64,000 nucleotides of DNA from Oculatellaceae cyanobacterium bins.114 (GCA_033764315.1 JANRJA010000212.1:14829-78828); one strand, 5' to 3'. Positions 10,308-20,148 are shown, counted from the stretch's first letter. The notes: generated by a model from the letters alone, not told the origin. Numbers and translations: made by a program.

Positions 10308-11126
10308 CTATGCCATCCCCGTCACAATGCCCCAAAAAGCACTTTTAAAGTTGTCTTCGGTGACATCAACGTGCATTTTCTTTCCCCATGAATAGACATC
10401 GAAGCTAACCCGTCCATTTTGAGCGGCCACATTGCCCAACAGAGCAACCCAGTGATTAGGAAGCGAGAGGGGCATGTCGGCTTCAGTGGTGGAAGCAGTG
10501 CCTAACAAGCCTTGAGCCGTGATCAAAGCAAACCCGACACCCCCCAACTTAACGATGTTATTGGCATCTCGCAGGGCAAACAAGTCGCCTTTGCGAAAGG
10601 CCTGACTGTAGTTAATTTGGTTGTATCCCAAAATTTCTGACGTCCAGCCACTCATTTCCCAGGAAAAACTCATGCCACTGATGCTGCGGATAATGCTGGG
10701 CGCATCTGGGTCAACCGGAAAAATCAGACTTTCAGCTTCGCGTAGCGTGGCTAAGATCATCCAGTCAGCTTGTCCCATCAGCAGATTGCCCTTGCTAGAC
10801 TCGCGCAAGCGATTGGGTGCTGGAATCGTCTTAGTTTTTCCTTTAAAAGATCCATCTTCAAACAAACTACGGCACATTTCAACATAGCGCAGCGGCTGTT
10901 TTCGCACTAACTCAAAGAGAACCGCAGTTGGCCCACAAAAGGGTTGTTGACCCTGGTTGATTTTAAAGGGGTCATTGACCCGCGATCGCATATCAGCCAA
11001 AATTGCTTTTTTATCAAGGTGTGGCCATACCCCCGGTTTAGACGACCCCTCAAATTTGGCGATCGCCTCTAACGCTTGCTGGGTTGTAGCCGATTTAGAT
11101 GAACCAGGATTGCTAGATGTCGTCAT
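10308..11126 (-). CDS. Hypothetical protein with putative papain-like Cys-His signature
   Basis: Long clean ORF; NQG-x3-FCGP, NHWV and YSWG motifs. Confidence 0.7.
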   Translation of the reverse strand: MTTSSNPGSSKSATTQQALEAIAKFEGSSKPGVWPHLDKKAILADMRSRVNDPFKINQGQQPFCGPTAVLFELVRKQPLRYVEMCRSLFEDGSFKGKTKTIPAPNRLRESSKGNLLMGQADWMILATLREAESLIFPVDPDAPSIIRSISGMSFSWEMSGWTSEILGYNQINYSQAFRKGDLFALRDANNIVKLGGVGFALITAQGLLGTASTTEADMPLSLPNHWVALLGNVAAQNGRVSFDVYSWGKKMHVDVTEDNFKSAFWGIVTGMA

Positions 11127-11323
11127 GCGATAGATGGGGAAAGAGAGCTAGATTTAAGCGTAGCAGGGAGAATTAACAGAACACACGAATGCAATGCTTT
11201 GCAAAACTAGAGCGAGGATTAGAACTCACACAGAGTATGTCAGCCATTTTTCTGCAATACTCTATCCTTCCTCTATAAATTCTGTTGTACCGTGGAGTTA
11301 AGATTTGTTTTATCTTTTACGTC

Positions 11324-12175
11324 ATGACCGTTGCGATCTCGCTGCAAAACGTTCACAAGGTTTACAATAACACCCCTGTTGTTAACGACCTTAGCTTTTC
11401 AATTCCACCAGGTGAGATTTTTGGCTTACTCGGTCCTAACGGGGCAGGAAAGTCCACCACCATTCGGATGTTGACCACTTTAACGAAGCCAACTCAAGGA
11501 GAAATCATCATCTCAAGCTATGACGTGGTGCGTCAGCCTTTTCTGGTTAAAAAGCAAATTGGCGTTGTGCTTCAGCAAACTAGCGTTGATGTTGATCTCA
11601 CCATCTGGGAAAACATGGAGTTTCACGGGCGGATGCACCACATTCCCAACCCATACCGTCAGACCGAGATCGATCGCTGGTTAGAGTATGTCGAGCTCAG
11701 CGAACGCCGTCATGATCTGGTTAAAACCCTCTCTGGCGGCATGAAGCGTCGCCTGCAAATTGCGAGAGCACTATTGCACCGACCTCAGATTTTGTTTCTT
11801 GATGAACCCACCGTGGGGCTAGACCCACAAACCCGTCGCCGCCTTTGGGAAATCATTAAAGGACTCAATCAGCAGGGCATGACCATTCTGCTGACAACCC
11901 ACTACATGGAAGAGGTGGAATATCTCTGCGATCGCATTGGCATCATGGATGGCGGTAAACTCATTGAAATTGGCACTCTAGAAGACTTTCGTCAAAAACA
12001 TGGCGAGGGCTTAGTGATGAAACAAGCAGGCGATCGCTGGGATTACCAGTTTTTTCCCACTATGGACAAAGCCAATGCTTATCTAGAACAGCAACCCAAC
12101 AAAGCTGGAATGATGGTGCGTCCCTCAAACCTAGAAGATATCTTTGTAGAACTCACAGGACGCAATCTAGACTAA
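11324..12175 (+). CDS. ABC transporter ATP-binding protein (NodI/DrrA-like exporter)
   Basis: GPNGAGKST, LSGGMKRR, LFLDEPT, TTHY; C-terminal LEDIFVELTG. Confidence 0.93.
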   Translation: MTVAISLQNVHKVYNNTPVVNDLSFSIPPGEIFGLLGPNGAGKSTTIRMLTTLTKPTQGEIIISSYDVVRQPFLVKKQIGVVLQQTSVDVDLTIWENMEFHGRMHHIPNPYRQTEIDRWLEYVELSERRHDLVKTLSGGMKRRLQIARALLHRPQILFLDEPTVGLDPQTRRRLWEIIKGLNQQGMTILLTTHYMEEVEYLCDRIGIMDGGKLIEIGTLEDFRQKHGEGLVMKQAGDRWDYQFFPTMDKANAYLEQQPNKAGMMVRPSNLEDIFVELTGRNLD

Positions 12176-12235
12176 AAACCTACATTAAAGCTCAATCACA
12201 TCTCTTCCTGCCTTCTGCCTTCTGCCTTTCGCTAT

Positions 12236-12724
12236 ATGACCCGTCTCGCCCACACCATCGAAGCCATTCTCTATCTCAAAGCTCAACCCCTGCCAATCGC
12301 CAAAATTGCTGAATATGCTCGGTGCGATCGCAAAACGGCTGAGGAAGGGTTAATTGAGTTGATGAACGACTATGCTCATCGTGAGAGTGCGCTAGAAGTG
12401 GTTGAGACTCCTGAGGGCTATTGCCTCCAGTTACGTGAGTCGTTTCGAGAATTAATAGACTCTCTCATTCCTTTAGATTTAGGAGTTGGGGCATTGAGAA
12501 CCTTGGCTGCGATCGCCCTCAAAGGCCCCCTTACTCAAACCGATCTCGTTGAAATTCGAGGCTCTGGAATCTATCAACACGTTCCTGAGTTGGTGGAATT
12601 AGGACTCGTCCGCAAACGACGTAAAGCAGATAGTCGATCTTTAGTGCTCCAAGTCACAGATAAATTCTATCAATATTTTCAGGTTGACAAACTGCCTCAA
12701 CCCTTTGATAACTCGCCATCTTGA
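12236..12724 (+). CDS. scpB: SMC-Scp complex subunit ScpB
   Basis: IEAILY, ALRTLAAIA..GP.TQ..L.EIRG and VTDKF..YF motifs. Confidence 0.9.
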   Translation: MTRLAHTIEAILYLKAQPLPIAKIAEYARCDRKTAEEGLIELMNDYAHRESALEVVETPEGYCLQLRESFRELIDSLIPLDLGVGALRTLAAIALKGPLTQTDLVEIRGSGIYQHVPELVELGLVRKRRKADSRSLVLQVTDKFYQYFQVDKLPQPFDNSPS

Positions 12725-12865
12725 CGTCTATGGAGTTCTCTTGCTTGGCTGAATTTGAGTCATTCCAAAGGCAGATCAACCCTGTTCTTCGTAAGAACAC
12801 TGGTCACAGTAGCAAATATAAATGTAACAATGGGTCTAATTAAGTTAAATATACATAGGGCTTCT

Positions 12866-13237
12866 ATGGTCTTTAACCCTGACAGTGCCGATTTTTTCAG
12901 CAACAGCACTGAGAGTACTCAGAGCAACCAATTGTTGAGATATCTTCAACATCAGTCACCTGAGATTTTAGAAAGAGTTGCTAGGTCTGTTAGCCCAGAA
13001 ATCAAGCAAATTATTTCTCAAAATGTGCAAGGCTTGGTTGGAGTGTTGCCTGCCGAAGATTTTGGAGTGCAGATCACAACCGACCGAGACAACCTAGCTG
13101 GCTTGCTGGCTTCAGCAATGATGACAGGTTACTTTTTGCGCCGCATGGAGCAGCGCATGGAATTAGAGTCAAGCCTGACTAGTTCAAGCTCGCTGCATCG
13201 TGACCCCCAAAGCGATGACTCGTCATCTGACAGCTAA
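12866..13237 (+). CDS. DUF760 family protein
   Basis: NQLLRYLQ...GLVG.LP...RDNLAGLLASAMMTGYFLRRMEQR signature; start moved to MVFNP. Confidence 0.85.
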   Translation: MVFNPDSADFFSNSTESTQSNQLLRYLQHQSPEILERVARSVSPEIKQIISQNVQGLVGVLPAEDFGVQITTDRDNLAGLLASAMMTGYFLRRMEQRMELESSLTSSSSLHRDPQSDDSSSDS

Positions 13238-13261
13238 ATTTCATCTCTAGAAACACATGAA

Positions 13262-13301
13262 AAGGTTGAACCAAGTGATCTAAGTACCTTGGTTCAACCT
13301 T
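13262..13301. terminator. Probable bidirectional terminator hairpin
   Basis: Perfect 14-bp inverted repeat AAGGTTGAACCAAG / CTTGGTTCAACCTT between convergent genes. Confidence 0.75.
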
Positions 13302-13341
13302 CTGTTTTATTATCTTTGTTGTGTTATCCAGGTGTCTGTCA

Positions 13342-13361
13342 GGGCGTTTTGTGAAACGCCC
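13342..13361. repeat. REP-like palindrome GGGCGTTT-N4-AAACGCCC
   Basis: Same palindrome family as the cores at 17556 and 20886. Confidence 0.65.
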
Positions 13362-13368
13362 CAGTCAA

Positions 13369-14604
13369 TTAATTGGCAGGTTCAGCGGGCAATGTGCCTG
13401 GACGCACCTCAATGGATTGAGTTTCTCCATTGCGGTTAACCTCTAGCGTTAATGCGTCCCCAATCGTGCTCGATTCCACCTGTTCTTGCACTTCAGATGC
13501 CGTTGTCACACTCGTTCCATTCACTTTGAGAATCACATCCCCATTCTTTAAACCGGCTTCAGATGCAGGCGTGTTAGGCAAGACTTCAATAATCAAGACC
13601 CCTTGATCAAGGGTGACTTTAAAGCCAAACTTGCTGGAATCCTGGTTAATTTTGTCGCGTAAGTTGGGGGTGAGATCGACCATTTGAATCCCCAGGTAAG
13701 GGTGCTCAACCCGACCATTCGTAAAAAGTTGTTCGGCGATCCGTTTAGCCGTCTCAATCGGAATGGCAAACCCTAGCCCTTGAGCGTTAGCCCGAATAGC
13801 CGTATTAATGCCGATTACTTCACCCCGATCGTTCAGCAGTGGCCCCCCAGAATTGCCTGGATTGATTGCCGCATCCGTTTGAATAAAGCGAACTCGGCGA
13901 TCGGGCACACCCACTTGAGAACTAGAACGACCCGTAGCACTGATAATACCCGCTGTGACTGTGTTATCGAGTCCGAGAGGGTTACCAATGGCGATCGCCC
14001 ACTGCCCCGGAATCAAATCTTCTGAACTACCCAGAATCACTGTTGGCAAATTCGTTGCTTCAATTTTGATCGCCGCCACATCGGTAACAGGATCGACCCC
14101 AATCACCTCACCCTTAAACTCCCGCCCATCTTTGAGCGTCACAATAACCGTGTCAGCTCCCTCAACCACATGGGCATTGGTCACAACATGACCATCGTCC
14201 GTGAGAATGAACCCAGACCCCGTACCCTGCTCAACTCGTTCTTGGGGAGGCGTGGAGGGAGCCTCATCCCCAAAAAAACGTCTAAAAAAGGGATTTTGCA
14301 ACGGATCAGGCACTTGCCCAGTCACAGTCCTTTCAGAGTCAATTCGCACCACTGCCGGACCTACTTTCTCAACCGCATCTGCAATAAAGTTGGGGTTGTT
14401 TTGCACGACTACCGATGTCGTCGGTAGCGGCTGAGGCACTTGAGATGGAGATTCGAGTGCTGTTGAAATGACAGACTCTTGATTTGGGCGGTTTTCAGCA
14501 TTGAGATAGTAACCACCCGCCCATCCAGCAGCCCCACCCGCCGCTAATACGGCTGCATAAATACCCAATTGCTTAAAGGACATGCCAATGGTTTCTTTTT
14601 TCAT
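13369..14604 (-). CDS. HtrA/DegP-family serine protease (HhoA/HhoB type) with one PDZ domain
   Basis: TNAHVV, DVA, GNSGGPL triad motifs; HPYLGI PDZ start; N-terminal TM. Confidence 0.95.
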   Translation of the reverse strand: MKKETIGMSFKQLGIYAAVLAAGGAAGWAGGYYLNAENRPNQESVISTALESPSQVPQPLPTTSVVVQNNPNFIADAVEKVGPAVVRIDSERTVTGQVPDPLQNPFFRRFFGDEAPSTPPQERVEQGTGSGFILTDDGHVVTNAHVVEGADTVIVTLKDGREFKGEVIGVDPVTDVAAIKIEATNLPTVILGSSEDLIPGQWAIAIGNPLGLDNTVTAGIISATGRSSSQVGVPDRRVRFIQTDAAINPGNSGGPLLNDRGEVIGINTAIRANAQGLGFAIPIETAKRIAEQLFTNGRVEHPYLGIQMVDLTPNLRDKINQDSSKFGFKVTLDQGVLIIEVLPNTPASEAGLKNGDVILKVNGTSVTTASEVQEQVESSTIGDALTLEVNRNGETQSIEVRPGTLPAEPAN

Positions 14605-14841
14605 AATTTAGTTAGGGCATTACCCCTTTAGGGGAACTGCTTCTCATCGCAGCAATGGTTTCCTACCGTGCCCAAAAAACAACAACCTTCAAGGGAAGTG
14701 CTTTTATAGACCCTTTTATTTTAGTTGACCCGATTGAAACAGTGTAAATCTAACAAGAGAGGGAATGATGGGTTGACGAGATGACCGTCTCCGAAATCGT
14801 TATCTTGGAAGAGATGTCTTGGTGGTTGGCTCTGAGAAACT

Positions 14842-15717
14842 ATGAATGTGTGGCGTTGGCTGTTAGGTGGTTCAGTGCTGTGCTGGTTGCTGCTAATTGG
14901 CAATAGCGATGCGAGCGAGCCCAAGCAAACTGATTCGATTTGCCCTGAACCTGCTTTGTCGCGGGTGACTCGCCATCGAATTGAATCGGGCGAAACGCTG
15001 GTGTCGATCGCCCAACGCTTTGACCTGATTCCAGAAACGCTCATGGGCATGAACCCCGTCTTACGGACGGGCACCGCTCCTGTAGGAGCTGAAATTCTCA
15101 TTCCCCCTTATAACGGCATTCGGGTCGAGGTGCCAGCCGGTCGCACCTGGCGTGACATTGCTATGACCTATGGTGTTCGAGCCGATGTGTTGTTTGAAAT
15201 CAACGGCTGCCAGACTGCTCCACAAGTTGTGTTTGTGCCCGGAGTCAACTGGTCACCCAACCCAATTCCGGCAAATGTTGCAGGACAAACCAGTCATGTG
15301 CTGAGGGGCTATCCGTTACCCAACGTTGTTCCAGTAGTCGTTGGACATGGTTGGCAAGTAGATCCCGGTTCTGGTGAAGTTGTGTTTCACAGTGGAGTAA
15401 GATTGGCTGCACCTACAGGCACCCCTGTATTGGCAACAGGTGACGGAGTGATTGCGTTTGCCGCTAATCAGGGAAACTATGGCAACTTGATTGTGATTAA
15501 TCACAATGAAGGATTGCAAACTCGCTATGCTCAGCTTGCAACTATTGAGGTGCGGGTAGGACAAGCCGTTAGAACAGGCGATCGCATTGGTACGGTAGGA
15601 GCAACTGGGTCAGCCAGAAGCCCCTATCTGCGATTTGAGGTGCGGTCTAACTCTGACTTGGGGTGGGTCGCTCAAGACCCAGGAGCCTATTTGCAAAACA
15701 TGAGAGTAGGGCGATAG
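14842..15717 (+). CDS. LysM + M23 (LytM) domain protein with degenerate zinc site
   Basis: Signal peptide, two LysM-like units (GETLVSIAQRF), M23 fold (GTPVLA, YGNLIVINH), but HxxxD reads HSGVR and HxH reads YLR. Confidence 0.88.
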   Translation: MNVWRWLLGGSVLCWLLLIGNSDASEPKQTDSICPEPALSRVTRHRIESGETLVSIAQRFDLIPETLMGMNPVLRTGTAPVGAEILIPPYNGIRVEVPAGRTWRDIAMTYGVRADVLFEINGCQTAPQVVFVPGVNWSPNPIPANVAGQTSHVLRGYPLPNVVPVVVGHGWQVDPGSGEVVFHSGVRLAAPTGTPVLATGDGVIAFAANQGNYGNLIVINHNEGLQTRYAQLATIEVRVGQAVRTGDRIGTVGATGSARSPYLRFEVRSNSDLGWVAQDPGAYLQNMRVGR

Positions 15718-15776
15718 AGAGGTTAGAGCCAAACCAATCCAGGAGCATTTGCTTGACGTTCTATAACAGTGTTCTA

Positions 15777-15849
15777 TAGCAGTTGCATTTTGAGCAGGCA
15801 GGGATGCAGCCTCTATGCCCCCTTGTTCTACCCTAATTCTGTCAGGCTA
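15777..15849. mobile_element. Degenerate TAGC...GCTA miniature element
   Basis: TA|TAGC...GCTA|TA boundaries with a decayed GC-rich core. Confidence 0.4.
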
Positions 15850-16024
15850 TATAAAGGAGTTTTACCTCCCTGTTCATTCACAGGGGGGAAGTGGTATGTT
15901 GGTGGGGCGTGACATAACAGAGTATTAATACTTACTCTCTGAATAGACCTCTTTCATATTGCGATGGATCGGTGCAACGCCTTTACCCATCTCAATCAAG
16001 CAACTCTAATTTGCCAGAGATCTA

Positions 16025-16726
16025 ATGATGATGACTTCAGGCGACCAGGATTCTAGTCCTCGCGTTCTCCTAATTGAGGCGGACGAAACACTGGCTCAGC
16101 ATGTAAGTGCTGACTTAAGAGAGTCAGGTTACGAAACGGCGATCGCCCATGATGCAGCCGCAGGTCTTCACCAAGCAAAAGAATTTCAACCCTCTCTCAT
16201 TGTGATTGATCGCATGTTAGCCGGGGAGTCTGGATTAGCTGTGGTTGAGCGGTTACGAACAGGAGGTGCGCTAGTACCAGTTCTCTTGCTCATGGCACGC
16301 GATAGCATTGACGATCGCATTGCCTGTCTAGAAGCAGGGGCAGATGATTACTTCTTGAAGCCCTACCGCACCGAAGAATTTCTCAAATTAATCAAGCTCT
16401 ACCTGCAACCCGAAGTCACCAGCAATGAACAATTGCGGTTTGCCGATCTAATGCTTGATCTGGCAACACGACGCGCCTTTCGTAATGACCGCATTATTGA
16501 CCTGACCATGAAGGAATTTGAACTCCTCAAATACCTGATGGAACATCCTCGTGACGTGCTTACTCGTGAACAGATTCTTGAGAATGTCTGGGGATATGAC
16601 TTTTTAGGGGAATCAAATGTGATTGAAGTTTACATTCGCTATCTGCGTCTCAAGATTGAAGATGAAGGCGAGAAGCGGTTAATTCAAACGGTACGAGGCG
16701 TGGGCTATGTGCTCCGGGAAAGCTAA
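16025..16726 (+). CDS. nblR: OmpR-family response regulator NblR
   Basis: Atypical receiver (LLLMARD, IDR) plus winged helix LTMKEFELLKYLM...GESNVIEVYIRYLR; next to DUF192, as is usual for nblR. Confidence 0.88.
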   Translation: MMMTSGDQDSSPRVLLIEADETLAQHVSADLRESGYETAIAHDAAAGLHQAKEFQPSLIVIDRMLAGESGLAVVERLRTGGALVPVLLLMARDSIDDRIACLEAGADDYFLKPYRTEEFLKLIKLYLQPEVTSNEQLRFADLMLDLATRRAFRNDRIIDLTMKEFELLKYLMEHPRDVLTREQILENVWGYDFLGESNVIEVYIRYLRLKIEDEGEKRLIQTVRGVGYVLRES

Positions 16727-16882
16727 TAGCAACTAGCAATGCCTTACCCAATTGCACCAACCCTATCTAAAATAGTGCTGAAGCGTTCTTTCAGGGTGTG
16801 TGATATGAGTTAGAGATCACGAAACCTGTTGGCAACGAGATCCGTCCTAACTTCAACCCCCTTTACTCCTCGTCTTACCCGC

Positions 16883-17473
16883 ATGACCCTTCAACCGTTT
16901 CTTCCGTCTTTACAGACTCGTCTCCATCTGTTTGGAATTACCCTTGGACTCGGCCTTCTGCTGCTAGCATGCACCTCATCCACTCCCAATACCACTAGCA
17001 GCACAGATGCGCCCCGTGAGGTGACCCCAACGCCTCGATTAGAGTCACAAATCGGTTCAGGACAGATGTTGCCTATTACCGCAGAAGCCGAGGTCAGAGG
17101 TCAGCGCATTCAACTCGAAGTGGCACTGACTCCAGAACAACAAGCAATGGGGCTGATGTTTCGTCGAGAGTTGGCAGACGATCGGGGCATGTTGTTTTCT
17201 TTTGCGTTTCCCCGTCCGGCTCAGTTTTGGATGAGAAACACACTGATCCCGCTTGATATGGTGTTTTTGCTCAATGGAGAGGTCAAGGCGATCGCCGCGA
17301 ATGCAACTCCTTGCACGACACCCACCTGTCCGTTGTATGAGTCGGGCGTTCCTGTTAATCAGGTGATCGAGCTGCGGGCCGGACGAGCTGCTGATTTAGG
17401 GCTACAAGTGGGCGATCGCATCACAATTCGCTCTTTACCGACAAGTTCCTCTGCTGTTCCATCTTCGTTTTAA
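16883..17473 (+). CDS. DUF192 family lipoprotein
   Basis: Lipobox LLAC; QQAMGLMFR..L..DRGMLF, FWMRNTLIPLDMVF, VIELRAG. Confidence 0.9.
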   Translation: MTLQPFLPSLQTRLHLFGITLGLGLLLLACTSSTPNTTSSTDAPREVTPTPRLESQIGSGQMLPITAEAEVRGQRIQLEVALTPEQQAMGLMFRRELADDRGMLFSFAFPRPAQFWMRNTLIPLDMVFLLNGEVKAIAANATPCTTPTCPLYESGVPVNQVIELRAGRAADLGLQVGDRITIRSLPTSSSAVPSSF

Positions 17474-17555
17474 TCAAACAACACCTGACTAAAACGCAAC
17501 CCAGTAAAAGGGGTCGCCGCACCACTCACGCCAATTCAACCAGCAACAGTCACAG

Positions 17556-17622
17556 CGCAGGGGCAGTTTGCGAAACGTCCCTGAGAGGATATTGATGAGT
17601 AGCCCAAATTTTTAGAAATGGG
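17556..17622. mobile_element. Miniature element with REP-like core, copy 1
   Basis: About 59/67 identical by eye to 20886-20952; core GGGGCAGTTTGCGAAACGTCCC. Confidence 0.75.
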
Positions 17623-18270
17623 GTCAAGCCCATAGCGATCGCTTTTACTTTTACAAAAGTTATTAGAAACTTCTGTAAATTTATCAAGGAAAGACTATAC
17701 ACATGTCTTGAGGATTTGTTAATCTAGCTTTCCGGATGTGACTTAAGAGACAGACAGCTTTACAAAACCCCTAGAAAACCTCCTTAATTTTACGAGTATG
17801 CTTTCAAGCACCGTTTAAAAAAAGGGGTACTCTTGCGGAAGGTTAAAGTCAGCGTTCACAGTTTAATAAGGCGTAACGCTGTTGATTCAAGCTCATCTCT
17901 CACCCTGGTTTGACTCGTCAAACGAGAGAGCGTCAAAGGTTAACTCAATGACCATAAATCCTGTGAGATGAGTTAAGAAAAAAGCTGATTTACAGATGGC
18001 TCTCTAACCAATTGCAGATCTGTCTAAAATCCTAACCAATAGATAGGTTTCAACGGAAACAATTATCTGTTTATTAGAAGAAACTCTTGGTTACTGTTGC
18101 AGGTTGACTGTCTTTAGTGAAGTACAAAGAAACCTGACTGACTAAAGGACAGATCAAAGAGTGGCTCTTATTTCCTACGTAGGGAGTTTGAGTACCCCAC
18201 AATAGGTCAATGATGAGCCATGTTTAATGACAAACAATAAATGAACTCCCTCAGGAGGTGAGTATCAATA

Positions 18271-18462
18271 ATGACGCCCGCAAAACACTCTCGCTTTATT
18301 CAGTTTCTTCAAGATGAGTTGGCAATTTCACCACCTCAGATCGCGATCGCACTCCGGCATCTTGAGCACGACCCCGGACCGTTGCCGATGATCTTGTGGC
18401 AATATGGCTTGGTTACGTTAGAGCAGCTCGATCGCATTTACGATTGGCTAGAAACGGCTTAA
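18271..18462 (+). CDS. DUF2949 family protein
   Basis: FLQDELAIS...PLPMILWQYGLVTLEQLDRIYDWLE; strong SD AGGAGGT upstream. Confidence 0.92.
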   Translation: MTPAKHSRFIQFLQDELAISPPQIAIALRHLEHDPGPLPMILWQYGLVTLEQLDRIYDWLETA

Positions 18463-18575
18463 AGTCCTCATTTCCAGGAGTAACCCTTGATGTTTAGTCG
18501 GCTGCACATTATTGCTGATGTGATACGACAACGAAATAAACGCCTCGGAATAACGAATATCTTCAATTTCAAGAA

Positions 18576-18609
18576 CAAAAGAGCGAGTCAATCAAGACTC
18601 GCTCTTTTG
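18576..18609. terminator. Rho-independent terminator-like hairpin
   Basis: CAAAAGAGCGAGTC-loop-GACTCGCTCTTTTG perfect inverted repeat. Confidence 0.8.
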
Positions 18610-18841
18610 CATTTAAGGGGCGATCGCCCAATCCACCTTTATACCAGGCACTCAGAAATTCTCCCTTGAGTCCGGCAAAGCCAGAGACTCTAGCGACCCG
18701 CATTTTAGTTGAGCCAAATTCGCATTTCGCCTTGATACCAATGCATATGCATCGGATCAGTCCCCCCTTAACGACCACTCAAAGCCCCCCAATCACGCAA
18801 AGTCCCCCAATTCTGAAGAATTTAGAGGACTGAGGAACTAA

Positions 18842-18954
18842 TACCAATTCCTTAAAGGAGTCCTACAGATGTCCCCTTCGACTACACTCAGGGGACGCTG
18901 ACCGAGCGCAGTCGAAGGCAGCCTGATCAGTCGCTCGAATTTGGAGAAGGAGTA
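18842..18954 (+). mobile_element. 113-bp miniature element (TACCAATT-type ends) flanked by TAA direct repeats
   Basis: Inverted copy at 46991-47103 (about 9 mismatches in 120 bp including flanks, by eye); core hairpin CCTTCGACTACACTCAG...CCGAGCGCAGTCGAAGG. Confidence 0.85.
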
Positions 18955-18996
18955 TAACTACAGCAATCCCAAATGGGTTGTAAGAAGCTAACACAG

Positions 18997-20148
18997 TTAG
19001 GATTGAGTCAAGACTTGAGCTGCGGCTGTTGTACCAGACCCCAAGGTGGCATGGGGATAGCCCAACTCTTGCAGGGTAGCTTCAAGTGCTCCCACTGCTG
19101 TCAAAATGTCGCGATCGCTGACAAAGCCCAAATGCCCAATCCGAAAAATCTTGCCACTGAGATGGTCTTGCCCACCCGCTAGAGCAATATCAAACCGCTT
19201 GCGCATGATAGAGCGAATCTGCTCAGCATCGACATCTACAGGGGCGACGGCTGTAATTGCAGGGCTACCCACTGAGTCAGCGGTAAATAGCGGTAAACCC
19301 AATGCCTTCATTGCAGCACGAGTGGCTCGCATCTGCCGATCGTGTCGCGCAAAGATCTTGTCTAACCCCTCTTTTTGCATCATTTGTAAAGCAACTTGCA
19401 GCCCAAAGAACATGTTGACTGGAGGAGTAAAGGGGCTACTGTTTTTAGCCGCTTCTTTGCGATATTTGCCCAAGTCTAGATAAAACCGAGGAGATTTAGC
19501 GGTGGCGTAAGCGTCCCAAGCTTTTGCGCTGACTGCCACAAAACCCAAACCAGGAGGCAGCATAAAACCCTTCTGTGAACCAGAGCCAATGACGTCTAGA
19601 CCCCACTCATCCATCGGTACGCTAATCGCCCCCAAACTGGTGACGGCATCGACAATCATCAACGCACCGTGAGCGTTGACATAACGGCTAATGGTTTGTA
19701 GATCGTTTAGCACCCCAGTCGAGGTTTCGCTGTGGGTTACAATCACAGCTTTGATTTGTTTGTCGGTGTCTGCTTCTAGCTGTGCTCGAAACTCTTCGGG
19801 ATCAAGGGGTTTACCCCATTCAGCCGTGACTTGCTCAACCGCATAGCTGTAGGCTTGACAGACCTTTGCCCAGCGATCGCCAAACTTGCCGTTGTTGCCC
19901 ACTAAGACGCGATCGCCCGGACTGAGGAAATTGATGATGCCTGCTTCCATAGCTCCGGTGCCACTAGCCGCGAGAATCAACACATCATTTTGGGTCTGGT
20001 GTAGCCACTTTAATCCCTCAGTTACCTCAGCGATGACCTTGCTAAAGTCGCCACTGCGGTGACCAATAGGGTGTTTGGCAAGGGCGCGTAAAACTTGTTC
20101 TGGTACTGGGGTCGGACCAGGGATCATTAACATTAACTTATCGTCCAT
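18997..20148 (-). CDS. Class V PLP aminotransferase (alanine/serine-glyoxylate type)
   Basis: LMIPGPT, HRS, HSETSTG, DAVTS, SGSQKG (PLP lysine), RIGHLG. Confidence 0.95.
   Translation of the reverse strand: MDDKLMLMIPGPTPVPEQVLRALAKHPIGHRSGDFSKVIAEVTEGLKWLHQTQNDVLILAASGTGAMEAGIINFLSPGDRVLVGNNGKFGDRWAKVCQAYSYAVEQVTAEWGKPLDPEEFRAQLEADTDKQIKAVIVTHSETSTGVLNDLQTISRYVNAHGALMIVDAVTSLGAISVPMDEWGLDVIGSGSQKGFMLPPGLGFVAVSAKAWDAYATAKSPRFYLDLGKYRKEAAKNSSPFTPPVNMFFGLQVALQMMQKEGLDKIFARHDRQMRATRAAMKALGLPLFTADSVGSPAITAVAPVDVDAEQIRSIMRKRFDIALAGGQDHLSGKIFRIGHLGFVSDRDILTAVGALEATLQELGYPHATLGSGTTAAAQVLTQS

Noticed and set aside
12206..12230. Heptamer runs (CTGCCTT here; TTCATCC near 55225)
   Set aside because: Ordinary STRR-type short tandem repeats of cyanobacteria.
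11324..12724. ABC ATPase without permease and scpB without scpA
   Set aside because: Dispersed partners are ordinary in cyanobacteria; not evidence of a new system.
18660..18730. GGCAAAGCC motif suggesting a c-di-GMP-I riboswitch
   Set aside because: No GNRA-loop P2 stem or matching P1, and no downstream gene in the right orientation.
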